From Candidatus Bathyarchaeota archaeon (GTDB lineage: Archaea > Thermoproteota > Bathyarchaeia > 40CM-2-53-6): a stretch of DNA of 20,308 bases. Below are positions 1-8,646 of the stretch, piece after piece. The position numbers and the translations under genes were made by a program. Each line of letters opens with the position of its first letter. Positions within the stretch are counted from its first letter, which is position 1. The DNA lies in the NCBI GenBank assembly GCA_963833125.1, contig CAWHWX010000003.1, forward strand, positions 1 through 20,308, in the 5' to 3' direction. Below the pieces are notes generated by a model. That model had not been told where the DNA came from. It ran no database searches and saw only the letters and a list, made by a program, of their open reading frames with translations.

Positions 1-956
1 TTGGCGAAAACGACTACGACCCGCGAGCTTTTGTCGACGCAACGGTTTATGCCGAAAAATTGGGATTCGGGACTGCCTGGTTTGGAGATCATATATTCCC
101 TTGGTATCACTCAGGCAAGAGGTCCAGTTTTGTTTGGTCAGTAATGCCAATAGCGTTAGCTAAAACAACGCGAATTAAGGTCGGGCCCTGGGTTACCGTC
201 CCAACCGGTGCAAGATACCACCCTGCAATAATCGCCCAAGCCGCCGCCACCATTGACAACATGTACCCCGGCAGATTCCTTCTCGGCATCGGAACAGGCG
301 AGGCATTGAATGAACGGCCGTTTTGGAATGGTAAGTGGCCTAAGTGGGAAGAGCGGATGGAGAGGCTCACTGAAGGAATTAGGTTAATTCGTATGCTCTG
401 GACTTCGAACAAACCCTTCAAGTTCGAAGGCAAATTCTTCACCTCCGATTTCTACTATCTATACACCAAACCCAGGACGAAGATTCCAATCTATGCCTCA
501 GCGATAGGAAAAAGAGCTGCGCATGGTGCGGGAATGAATGCGGACGGACTGATTACCATCGCTCCAAGGAACAACGCCCAGAAGCTGGAGAATGAGATTC
601 TTCCAGCCTATCGTCAAGGAAGAGCCGAAGTAGGAAAGAGGGGTCTAGGAAAAGTTGCGGTAGAATTAGTTTCCAGTTTCCAAACTCCCCGCCAAATTAT
701 TCGCACTGCTTGGCAGATAGGGATAATGAATAAGGATTCGTGGAGTATCACCGATCCGCTCGCCGTCGAAGAAGCAGGCAAGAACGTTACTGAGGATCAG
801 GTGCGAGAGAACATTGCCATATGCAAGAACTGGAAGGACCTGGTCAAGGCCATCGAATCATATCATCGTGTTGGCGTGACTGAAATTACCCTGTACACCG
901 GCTGCGCGAAGAAACAGATTCGAGCAATCGCCGATAATGTTCTAAGCGTATTCTAG
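1..956 (+). CDS. LLM-class, probably F420-dependent oxidoreductase (F420-dependent glucose-6-phosphate/alcohol dehydrogenase-like); 5'-partial
   Basis: The frame is open from position 3 (GENDYDPRAFVDATVYAEKLGFGTAWFGDHIFPW), so the gene starts left of the window rather than at 60. It has DH.FPW, RYHPAIIAQAAAT and LGIGTGEALNE motifs typical of the FGD-like LLM subfamily. Confidence 0.85.
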   Translation, partial: GENDYDPRAFVDATVYAEKLGFGTAWFGDHIFPWYHSGKRSSFVWSVMPIALAKTTRIKVGPWVTVPTGARYHPAIIAQAAATIDNMYPGRFLLGIGTGEALNERPFWNGKWPKWEERMERLTEGIRLIRMLWTSNKPFKFEGKFFTSDFYYLYTKPRTKIPIYASAIGKRAAHGAGMNADGLITIAPRNNAQKLENEILPAYRQGRAEVGKRGLGKVAVELVSSFQTPRQIIRTAWQIGIMNKDSWSITDPLAVEEAGKNVTEDQVRENIAICKNWKDLVKAIESYHRVGVTEITLYTGCAKKQIRAIADNVLSVF

Positions 957-999
957 GCGATCCCATCCTATTACATCAAATCGCCCGAGGCAATTCGCT

Positions 1000-1950
1000 T
1001 TAGAAGATGGCGATTGGATTAAAGAGTGAACCCGTACCGCCAGGCATCCGCAACGGGGCCGCGACCACCATGAACTCCCACCGTTTCTCATCCTCGCATA
1101 CCTTAACCAACTCTTCGAATTGGAGACTGTCACATGCAGCCATTCCCATCGCACAAATCTGAAGCGCGTGGATAGGATATGCGACGCTTTCAACATTGCT
1201 AGGCACCGTCTCCCCATCACCGTCCGGAAGGAAAGCAGCAACCTTACGCTCATGAAGTAATGCCATCGCGTTAGAATGTAGGCCTGCCTTGCCTTCGCCG
1301 TCGTATCCATTATTCCAGGGCCCAAGTTCCAGGCGGCGTCGGTGATGGCCTGTTCGAAATAGTAACAGGTCTCCTTCCCGAAGTCGTACATCTTGTGCTT
1401 TCTCCGCCTGTTCCAATTCCTCTCCTGTCACAGCTTCGCCCGGCTCCAGCCATTTTACTCCTCGTAGGCGCGGAATGTCGAGGAGAACTCCACGGCCAAC
1501 TATGCCGTTAGCGTAGGCTGTGATGTCCATCGATGACGGTCCTCTGGAGGTTACCGTGGTCATTGGTTTGTCGTTGTAGAGTTTTCCTTTGTAGGCAATG
1601 TGGCATAGTGCGTCGATGTGAGTGTGACAATCTCCATGAAATTCGCAGGCCAAGTAGTCCATCGCAAACCGTGGCTCGTCGGTGTTCGGTGTGTCGTAGG
1701 CTTGCACCATGTAGTGGAATGCAGGTCGTGGATTATCAGGCCCCGCAACTGTGCTGATTGGAATAGCCATCGAAATTGAACGGCCGGTACGGACGAGAGC
1801 CGCGGCAGCACGAATGTGGTCCGGTGTGATGTAGTTCAGAGTACCCAACTGGTCGTCTGGGCCCCATCGTCCCCAGTTGCATACTTTCTCGAATAATTTG
1901 TCAAACTCGCCGGTTGTCATGTGGCTGGGTGTTTTGGTTGGGGTATGCAT
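1000..1950 (-). CDS. Cyclase family (kynurenine formamidase-like) metal-dependent hydrolase
   Basis: NWGRWGPDDQLGTLN N-terminus, HGDCHTHIDALCH metal motif (variant of HxGTHxDxxxH), GRGVLLDIPR, GDLLLFRTG, C-terminal APLRMPGGTGSLFNPIAIF. Alternative ATG at 1920. Confidence 0.88.
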   Translation of the reverse strand: MHTPTKTPSHMTTGEFDKLFEKVCNWGRWGPDDQLGTLNYITPDHIRAAAALVRTGRSISMAIPISTVAGPDNPRPAFHYMVQAYDTPNTDEPRFAMDYLACEFHGDCHTHIDALCHIAYKGKLYNDKPMTTVTSRGPSSMDITAYANGIVGRGVLLDIPRLRGVKWLEPGEAVTGEELEQAEKAQDVRLREGDLLLFRTGHHRRRLELGPWNNGYDGEGKAGLHSNAMALLHERKVAAFLPDGDGETVPSNVESVAYPIHALQICAMGMAACDSLQFEELVKVCEDEKRWEFMVVAAPLRMPGGTGSLFNPIAIF

Positions 1951-1961
1951 GTGTCCGGAAC

Positions 1962-3134
1962 CTACGTGGTGGCTAGTAAGCTTCCGTGTCCAGGCCCTCG
2001 AGGGATGATCGGCCAGATGTCGACGACTATTCCGCCCTCGACAACATGGTATGCATCGTAGATGTTTACTGTAGTTGGACTATATCCGGGAACGAACTCC
2101 ATAGTGTCTCCAAGTTTGAGGCTACATCGCTTGTCGACGTCGAAGATTGCATGTTCCTCCGCAAGGTAGCGTGCCGCGTAGAATGGGTAATCTATCATCG
2201 TGGGTTGCGCGTGGTCGCTGCTGACTGACTTACTACCGCAGTCAAATACGATGGTATCGCCGTGATGTATCACAACTGTTCCCAGGACAGTCAACGATTT
2301 CGAGAAGCCTGGTACTAGGTTTCCATGGAAATTATCCATGAAAACGTAAGACCCAGCTTGAATCTCAGTGACGCGTGGATCCGCGGCCGTAATATCGTAA
2401 GTGCCAGTTCCGCCAGCGGAAACTATCTCACACTTGAACCCTGACTCAGCTAGGCGATCGACGACGCTACCTACGTAATCCATGGCTTGCCTAGCTTTCT
2501 TTACTCTTAGTTCACGATCGGGTTCAAGCATACAATGTCCTTCGTAGCCCTGCACGCCTCTGAACCTGAGGCCAGAAAGAGTTGCCAAGTGTTTAGCCAG
2601 ATCTACGGCTTCATCTGTAGAACGAACTCCGCCTCGCCCCATTCCGACGTCGATCTCGATGATGACGTCAAGTTTGCTTCCTGCCTTAGAGACAGCCTTG
2701 GAGATGTCATCGGCATTATTGGCATCATCTACAGTAACTGTGAGGCGTCCATCTTTGGCGACTTCGGCAAGCGTTTGAATTTTTTCCTTGCCCACCACCT
2801 CATTCGCTATCAACACGTCTTCGATTCCGCCGCGGCTCATAACAAGGGCTTCCCAGACTGTGGCTGTACAGACTCCGATCGCCCCAGCTTCGACCTGCAT
2901 TTTGGCCAGTTCAATGCTCTTCTGGACCTTTATGTGAGGTCTTAGCTTAGCGTGCATTGACTTCAAGCGTTGTGTCATGAAGTTGATGTTGCGACGAACC
3001 ACATCAAGATCCAAGATCAGTGCCGGCGTAATGAGCTCACGGCGATGTCTGCCTACCGCGGAGCGGTACGAGTTACGTACGCGCTTCTGAATTTCATCAA
3101 GCTGCGGATAAGTTCTCGCACTTAGTTGACCCAA
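1962..3134 (-). CDS. DSD1 / D-threonine aldolase-like PLP-dependent enzyme (alanine racemase fold, type III)
   Basis: TPALILDLD, RPHIKVQKS (PLP lysine; family RPHxKTHK), EIDVGMGRGG, GVQGYEGH, SAGGTGT, EIQAGSYVFMD, AEEH. TTG start. Confidence 0.85.
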   Translation of the reverse strand: MGQLSARTYPQLDEIQKRVRNSYRSAVGRHRRELITPALILDLDVVRRNINFMTQRLKSMHAKLRPHIKVQKSIELAKMQVEAGAIGVCTATVWEALVMSRGGIEDVLIANEVVGKEKIQTLAEVAKDGRLTVTVDDANNADDISKAVSKAGSKLDVIIEIDVGMGRGGVRSTDEAVDLAKHLATLSGLRFRGVQGYEGHCMLEPDRELRVKKARQAMDYVGSVVDRLAESGFKCEIVSAGGTGTYDITAADPRVTEIQAGSYVFMDNFHGNLVPGFSKSLTVLGTVVIHHGDTIVFDCGSKSVSSDHAQPTMIDYPFYAARYLAEEHAIFDVDKRCSLKLGDTMEFVPGYSPTTVNIYDAYHVVEGGIVVDIWPIIPRGPGHGSLLATT

Positions 3135-3210
3135 GATAAACGGCTCTCAACGTTCATGAGAAATCTCTGGTAATAAGAAGCATGGCTCAGGTTCAGGGTT
3201 AGACATTCAT

Positions 3211-3959
3211 CTAGTGCATTCCTCGGCCGCCCGTTATCATGTGGAGCTCTCCGGTTACAAAGTTGGAATCATCAGAAGCTAGATACAGTGCAGCATTAGC
3301 CACCTCATCAGCGGTTCCGAACCGCTTTAGGGGTGTTTCCTCAAGGACCATCCTTTGAACTTCGGGATCGATATCCCCGACCATTTCGGTTTTGATCCAA
3401 CCTGGACAGATTGCGTTAACGTTGATGTAGGGTCCAAGTTTCAGTGCAAGTGCTCTTGTCAATCCGTTCATTCCTGCCTTTGAGACAACGTATTCGACGA
3501 ATCGTAGAGCTGAGGGATGGTACATCCCAGAGTTGGAGGAGATGTTGATTATTTTTCCCTTCTTCTGTTTCAACATGATTGGGGCCACTTCTCTTGAGCA
3601 TAAGTAAGCACCTTTGAGGTTGATGTCGATTGTTTGGTCCCAGATTTCTTCAGTGGCGTCAAGGAACGTATTCTGGAACATCACTCCTGCATTGTTCACT
3701 AGAATATCTACACTTCCGTAAGCGTCGACCGTTTTCTTTACGAGTTGTTTCACTTCATCTGGCTTAGATACGTCGGCTCTCACAGCAATAGCCTGTCCGC
3801 CGTTCTTTCTTATCTCGTCCACTAACTGAGAAGCCTTCTCTTCGGACTTATGGTAGTTAATGACGACCTTGGAACCTTCAGCAGCGAATTTTCGGGCAAT
3901 GGCGCTGCCAATTCCGCCGAACCCCCAGTAACGATCGTCACCTTGTCCTTCAATTTCAT
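3211..3959 (-). CDS. Classical short-chain dehydrogenase/reductase (FabG-like), about 249 aa, one frameshift near 3918
   Basis: ATG at 3959 reads MKLKDKVTIVTGGS. Adding one base near 3918 joins it to GGIGSAIA and restores TGxxxGIG. NNAG, YVVSK and NAICPG follow. The N-terminus in the ORF track (4062) is an artefact. Confidence 0.88.
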
Positions 3960-4145
3960 CTGAGATCACGAAAAGGAGATGTGGTCTTTGTTCTAATATC
4001 TTCTTGGAGAATCCAATATCGTAATCTCCCTGACTGGAGGATTGTTTTCGCCCCAACCTCACATGGGAAAGCGCATATTAATCAAGTAGCGAGCCCTCGA
4101 ACGTTCAATTTTTACCCTTGAAATTCGCCGGCTTCATGCCAAGTG

Positions 4146-4154
4146 TTAAATATA
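4146..4154 (+). promoter_or_regulatory. Putative archaeal TATA box for the APC permease
   Basis: TTAAATATA ends about 28 nt before the probable TTG start at 4182, consistent with a short-leader or leaderless archaeal transcript. Confidence 0.5.
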
Positions 4155-4181
4155 CTTCGAAGAACCAGTTTTCAGATCTGC

Positions 4182-5759
4182 TTGGCTACTACACAGAAGG
4201 TATTCCTACGGGAAGCAACTGGATTAGTCAGGTCCTTCACGTGGTATGATGCGACGATATTGAGCTTGGCCGTAACCGGGCCGACCCTCTTCGGAATCTC
4301 CTCCCAAATCGGCTACGTAGCCCCTAACGGACCTGGAGCCGACTTCACACTTTCCGCAATCATTGGATTCCTGTTCATGATCCCCCTCGCGGTAGTATAC
4401 TACATCTTTTCGGTTCAGATGCCAAGATCTGGAGGGGACTATGTGTGGCTTGGGCGGACGCTGAATCCAATTTTGGGATTTGTTGGGGGTTGGGCTATGT
4501 TCATTTCATTCATAGCGCTTCTGGCAAGTGCATCTGTAACGGAACCCGCGGTCGTTATGCCCGACGTAGGCGTGGCCCTGGGGTACATATGGAATAATCC
4601 AGGACTGATTTCGTGGGGACAGAACTTCGCGAGTAGTACCACAAATCTATTCGCTGGGACAATTCTCACGATAGTTGTTGGAATTGCTATTGCCAGTTGC
4701 ACGCCAAGAGTTTACAGTCGCATCATGCTTGTTTTGGCTGCGATAATCTTCGTCGCCTCTTTCATCTTCATAGGCGCATTCGCGACCGCCACAAGCTCCT
4801 CATTTGCGACAGGGTTGAGTAACTTAACGAATGGAAGTATGACAGTTAATGGGGTAGTATCTCAAGCTGCCTCGGCGGGTATGGCATTCGTTCCGGTGAA
4901 TCAAACCGCCACTTTCCTAGCCATTCCATTCGGCGTCTTGCTATTCAACGGATTCAATTATTCTGTCTACATCTCTGGTGAAGTGAGGAATGTGAAGAAT
5001 GGCATGTTGTGGGGTGTGCTAGTTGCACTCTTGATCTGCGGAATTCTCGATATAACGGGACTTTACTTCGTGACGAGCGCGGAAAGCTACCCGTTCATGC
5101 AAGCAGTGTTTGGGTTATTCGGCGCCGGTAAACTCTCCCTGGGGGTTTCTCCATGGTCGCCCGTTTTCATCCCAGCAGTCCTAAGTAATCCATACCTGTC
5201 GAGTTTCGTCGAGATCGGCTTCCTATTGTTCAACTTCTGGTGGGCCGCGGGCCTCGCCATCTGCATTTCAAGGTATGTGTTCGCGTTCTCCTTTGACCGA
5301 GTACTCCCAACGGTTTTTGCAGATGTGAACGACAGGCTGCATGTCCCACTCAAAGCAATCGGGTTGACTTTCGTAATATCCGTCATCCTAACCTACATCG
5401 CGATATACACGACATACATTGGCCAACTGCTCAATGTGGTCACGATCTGGGCCGTAGTGTGGATTCTAGTAGGAATATCAGCAGTGGTCCTTCCATTTTG
5501 GAAGAAAGAATTCGCCAAGGGTCTCATCGGTGGTCGCTGGTTACTCCCGATCTTTGGCGTTCTAACTATCATAGGCATGGGCACCACATTCTACTGGTCT
5601 GTAACAAATCCTGCCATTGGGCCCTCGACTTTAGGATCAACCATCCTGCTAGTCGTGATATTCGGGTCCGCTGTAGTCATCTATATGGCACGATACTTCT
5701 ACTTCAAGGGCAAAGGCCTTGACTTGATCCGTGGCCAAATGGAGATACCGCCCGAATAA
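4182..5759 (+). CDS. APC-superfamily (amino acid/polyamine/organocation) permease
   Basis: About 12-14 hydrophobic segments, N-terminal VFLREATGLVRSF, MPRSGGDYVW, YISGEVRN, SRYVFAFSFDRVLP and C-terminal EIPPE typical of archaeal APC permeases. TTG 4182 is preferred over GTG 4143, which overlaps the TATA-like element. Confidence 0.88.
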   Translation: MATTQKVFLREATGLVRSFTWYDATILSLAVTGPTLFGISSQIGYVAPNGPGADFTLSAIIGFLFMIPLAVVYYIFSVQMPRSGGDYVWLGRTLNPILGFVGGWAMFISFIALLASASVTEPAVVMPDVGVALGYIWNNPGLISWGQNFASSTTNLFAGTILTIVVGIAIASCTPRVYSRIMLVLAAIIFVASFIFIGAFATATSSSFATGLSNLTNGSMTVNGVVSQAASAGMAFVPVNQTATFLAIPFGVLLFNGFNYSVYISGEVRNVKNGMLWGVLVALLICGILDITGLYFVTSAESYPFMQAVFGLFGAGKLSLGVSPWSPVFIPAVLSNPYLSSFVEIGFLLFNFWWAAGLAICISRYVFAFSFDRVLPTVFADVNDRLHVPLKAIGLTFVISVILTYIAIYTTYIGQLLNVVTIWAVVWILVGISAVVLPFWKKEFAKGLIGGRWLLPIFGVLTIIGMGTTFYWSVTNPAIGPSTLGSTILLVVIFGSAVVIYMARYFYFKGKGLDLIRGQMEIPPE

Positions 5760-5801
5760 GCAAACCAAGACGACTGAAACCGCCGAATCGAACCACTGAA
5801 A

Positions 5802-5821
5802 TCCTGCGGCTTCCCGCAGGA
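5802..5821. other. GC-rich stem-loop downstream of the permease (possible terminator or RNA stability element)
   Basis: TCCTGCGG-CTTC-CCGCAGGA is a perfect 8-bp inverted repeat about 40 nt after the stop codon. Confidence 0.45.
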
Positions 5822-6002
5822 CAATTTCGGGATGGCAAACTCCCCCTAGCCTACTTTGTTTAGCCTATCGGAGAATTATTCAGTTGGACGGACTATCGCA
5901 TTTCTGGGGCTGCTTTTATCGGAGGATGTCGCACTAGCCCAAGATGGTGGATAGAGAATGCTTCCGGCAGATTCAGATAATGTGGGTCATAAGTGGGGGC
6001 GG

Positions 6003-6233
6003 ATGGTTGTAGAAATTCTGGGTTGGTATGGATTGATCGCTATCGTAGTTGCCTATGCGACCGTGAGCTTGAGCTTAGCCTTACCGAATAGTTACGCGTA
6101 CCAATTCTTGAACCTAAGCGGAGCGGTAGGACTTGGCCTAGTGGCCTTCGTCAAGAAGGCGTATCAAAATGGTGTTCTAAACATAGTTTGGGGCGCTATT
6201 GCTGTTGTGGCTCTGATACGACTGATTCTTTGA
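6003..6233 (+). CDS. Small 3-TM membrane protein (CBU_0592-like)
   Basis: ILGWYGLIAIVVAY...SYAYQFLNLSGAVGL...VLNIVWGAIA matches the pattern I recall for this family. ATG 6003 is more likely than 5958. Confidence 0.7.
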   Translation: MVVEILGWYGLIAIVVAYATVSLSLALPNSYAYQFLNLSGAVGLGLVAFVKKAYQNGVLNIVWGAIAVVALIRLIL

Positions 6234-6264
6234 ACTTTGGTGTCGCGGATTTATGGCAGGATGG

Positions 6265-7167
6265 TTATCGGCGATTCCTCGATGCGCTGGTTGGTAGGAA
6301 TTTCTCTACGCGTTTCCTGAGTTCTATTGCGGCTTTTGACCATTTTCCGTCGCACACATTGTTTAGGTAACTGTCATTCTCAAATTCGAGCGAAAGATAC
6401 CCGCGGTACCCAGAGTTTCGTAGGGCCACAAAAAACCTCTTCCAATCCACTACACCCTCGCCAAGAAATGGAAAAATGAATGTTTCTCCAAGGCCGCCGG
6501 GTTTTCCAAAAGCATCTTTCACATGTACATGCCGGACCTTCTCGCCGAGCATTTTCGCTGCCCACACGGGGTCGTTTCCATACACAACGAAGTGAGACGG
6601 GTCCAGGTTCACGCCTAGATACTTGGAATCAAAGTAGCTGAGAAACTCCTTAACCGTATAGTAGTCGTGCACCAACATTCCGAATACAGGTTCAACCGTG
6701 ATCACGACATGATTCTTCTCCGCCGAGTTAACCAGATTAGAAAATGAATCGACGACAACCTTCCAAGCTTCGCCTTCCGAGATTTCCCGACCGATCCTCT
6801 GAAACTCAGGATTCCATGTCATCGGACCGGTGAAGACGTTCATCAAGGGGATAGACAATTCGCTCGCTTCCATCAACATAGTGTTCAAGAGTTTCAGGCG
6901 TCTATTCCTAACTTTGCTATTCTTTGTTACGAGGTCCTGCCAACACATTATGTTCGATACGGCAAGGCCACGTCTTCTCGTTTTATTGACCAGCTCTCTG
7001 AGTTCCCTGGTATTCCGGAAATGCTGGCCTAGCATCCATTCTACACCCGCGTACCCTGCTTTCGAGATGACGCGGATCGCTTCGTCAGTCGACGGCGAAG
7101 CCCAAACGGCCGGGGAAGTCATGTAGTAAGGGATGAATGATAACTTCCAGCCTGACGTTCTTGTCAA
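6265..7167 (-). CDS. Sugar phosphate isomerase/epimerase, xylose-isomerase-like TIM barrel (AP_endonuc_2)
   Basis: AGYAGVE, TVEP, NLDPSH, HVHVKD, LGEGVVDW and GYLSLEFE supply the E/D/H/E metal-ligand set. TTG start 4 nt downstream of the LLM stop. Confidence 0.85.
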   Translation of the reverse strand: MTRTSGWKLSFIPYYMTSPAVWASPSTDEAIRVISKAGYAGVEWMLGQHFRNTRELRELVNKTRRRGLAVSNIMCWQDLVTKNSKVRNRRLKLLNTMLMEASELSIPLMNVFTGPMTWNPEFQRIGREISEGEAWKVVVDSFSNLVNSAEKNHVVITVEPVFGMLVHDYYTVKEFLSYFDSKYLGVNLDPSHFVVYGNDPVWAAKMLGEKVRHVHVKDAFGKPGGLGETFIFPFLGEGVVDWKRFFVALRNSGYRGYLSLEFENDSYLNNVCDGKWSKAAIELRKRVEKFLPTSASRNRR

Positions 7168-7171
7168 CTTT

Positions 7172-8014
7172 CTAGAATGAGCCTCCTATTTCCTTCGCGA
7201 CGCGGCCTATTTCTGTCAAGCATTTTTCATCTTCTGCTTTCTCGCCTAAAGTAAAATGCGTCATACCAGCGTCCACATACTGTTCAACGTCTCTCCGGAG
7301 AGTTTGGATATCTGTTCGGTTGATTAGGCTTGTAAATGTAAATTTGTCATGAGGATATTTTCGCTTGTTCAACTCATCGAGGATTACTTTTCTCATTTTC
7401 GAGTACTCATTGGGTTTAGGGTAACTTTCGTCAAACCACCTGGGGCCTATAGGCATCCATCCATCCGCATACTTTCCCGCTGCGTGAAGCGACACTGGTA
7501 GATGTCCGCCCCACCATATTGGTGGATAGGGTTTCTGAATGGGTTTAGGCTCGAGAGCGGCACTCTTTGCGTTGACATATTTGCCATGGAAATTCACGGG
7601 CCCCGGCTCGGTCCATAGGCGTTTCATCAATCGGATCGCTTGCAGGCTAAATGCGATTCTCTCCCTATTCTCATGCCATTCCGCATACCCTTCAAATTCG
7701 GGTCGGTACCACCCAAAACCTACTCCAACTATGAGACGACCGCCGGAGAGATAGTCTGTGGTAGCGACCATCTTTGCGAGCATGCCAGGCGGTCGAAATG
7801 TGAGAGGAGTAACGGCGGTTCCCAATTTGATCTTGACGGTTTTCGCCGCAAGGTAAGGGAGGAAGGACCAAACATCGATATGATTGTTCGCGTTTGGTAG
7901 CATGAAATGGTCGGTTACAAGAAAATAATCATAACCCACTTTTTCGGCTTCTACCGCTAGTCTTTCGATGAGCTTAGGGTTTGCCCGTCCCGTGACAGCG
8001 ACTCCACATTTCAA
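7172..8014 (-). CDS. LLM-class flavin/F420-dependent oxidoreductase
   Basis: TDHFM, IKLGTAVTPLTFRPPGMLAKMVATTDYLSGGRLIVGVGFGW...EF, PKPIQKPYPPIWWGG, YADGW. Confidence 0.88.
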   Translation of the reverse strand: MKCGVAVTGRANPKLIERLAVEAEKVGYDYFLVTDHFMLPNANNHIDVWSFLPYLAAKTVKIKLGTAVTPLTFRPPGMLAKMVATTDYLSGGRLIVGVGFGWYRPEFEGYAEWHENRERIAFSLQAIRLMKRLWTEPGPVNFHGKYVNAKSAALEPKPIQKPYPPIWWGGHLPVSLHAAGKYADGWMPIGPRWFDESYPKPNEYSKMRKVILDELNKRKYPHDKFTFTSLINRTDIQTLRRDVEQYVDAGMTHFTLGEKAEDEKCLTEIGRVAKEIGGSF

Positions 8015-8051
8015 TCCAACTACCTCGTTGAAGTAGGTCGATGTAAACCAA

Positions 8052-8068
8052 CGCTAATATACAAAGCG
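8052..8068. promoter_or_regulatory. Candidate bidirectional promoter/operator between divergent gene sets
   Basis: The 82-bp intergenic region has a central TAATATA (8055-8061) inside the inverted repeat CGCT-N9-AGCG, roughly 35-45 nt from both start codons. Confidence 0.4.
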
Positions 8069-8096
8069 AATCGCCTGTTCTACGAGATGACAACCT

Positions 8097-8591
8097 ATGC
8101 CCACACCCGTTCCATCTGGAATGAGGATTACCCAGGTCGCGGTAGTTGTGAAGGATTTACGAAAAACCATGGAAGCATATCACAAGATTCTCGGTTGGGC
8201 GCCTTGGAGTGTCTACGAACATAAACCTCCAATCCTGCACCACCAAGAGCTCCACGGCAAATCAGCTAACTATTCAATGCTTGGCGCGGAAGTCCACTGT
8301 GACCCGATCGACTTCGAGATACTGCAACCCTTGGAAGGGCCAAGTATCTACAAGGAGTTCTTAGAGGAGAAGGGCGAAGGACTGCACCACGTTTCCGTTG
8401 TCAGCCCAGCTGAGGATGTTGAAAAAGCGCTCGCAGAATTCAAGAAAAATGGCGTTGATGTAATGATGAGCGGAAGACTGGGTGAAAACATCAGATTCTA
8501 TTACATGAACACTGAGCCTGTGTTGAAGATGGTGGCAGAAACAGTTAGTGGCCACGCGATTTCTATGAAGCCTATCTACACCTATCCTTGA
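8097..8591 (+). CDS. VOC family protein (glyoxalase / methylmalonyl-CoA epimerase-like)
   Basis: ITQVAVVVKDL, FEILQPLEGPSIYKEFLEEKGEGLHHV and a C-terminal Glu give the Q/E/H/E metal set of Glyoxalase_4-type proteins. Confidence 0.85.
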   Translation: MPTPVPSGMRITQVAVVVKDLRKTMEAYHKILGWAPWSVYEHKPPILHHQELHGKSANYSMLGAEVHCDPIDFEILQPLEGPSIYKEFLEEKGEGLHHVSVVSPAEDVEKALAEFKKNGVDVMMSGRLGENIRFYYMNTEPVLKMVAETVSGHAISMKPIYTYP

Positions 8592-8646
8592 CATTCATCC
8601 ATCAAAAATAGAAGCCTCGTGACAGACAGCCCTAAGGTGGATTCAG

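Noticed and set aside
3960-4062. N-terminal extension of the SDR in the ORF track
   Set aside because: It is an artefact of the frameshift near 3918; the real Rossmann N-terminus starts at ATG 3959 in another frame.
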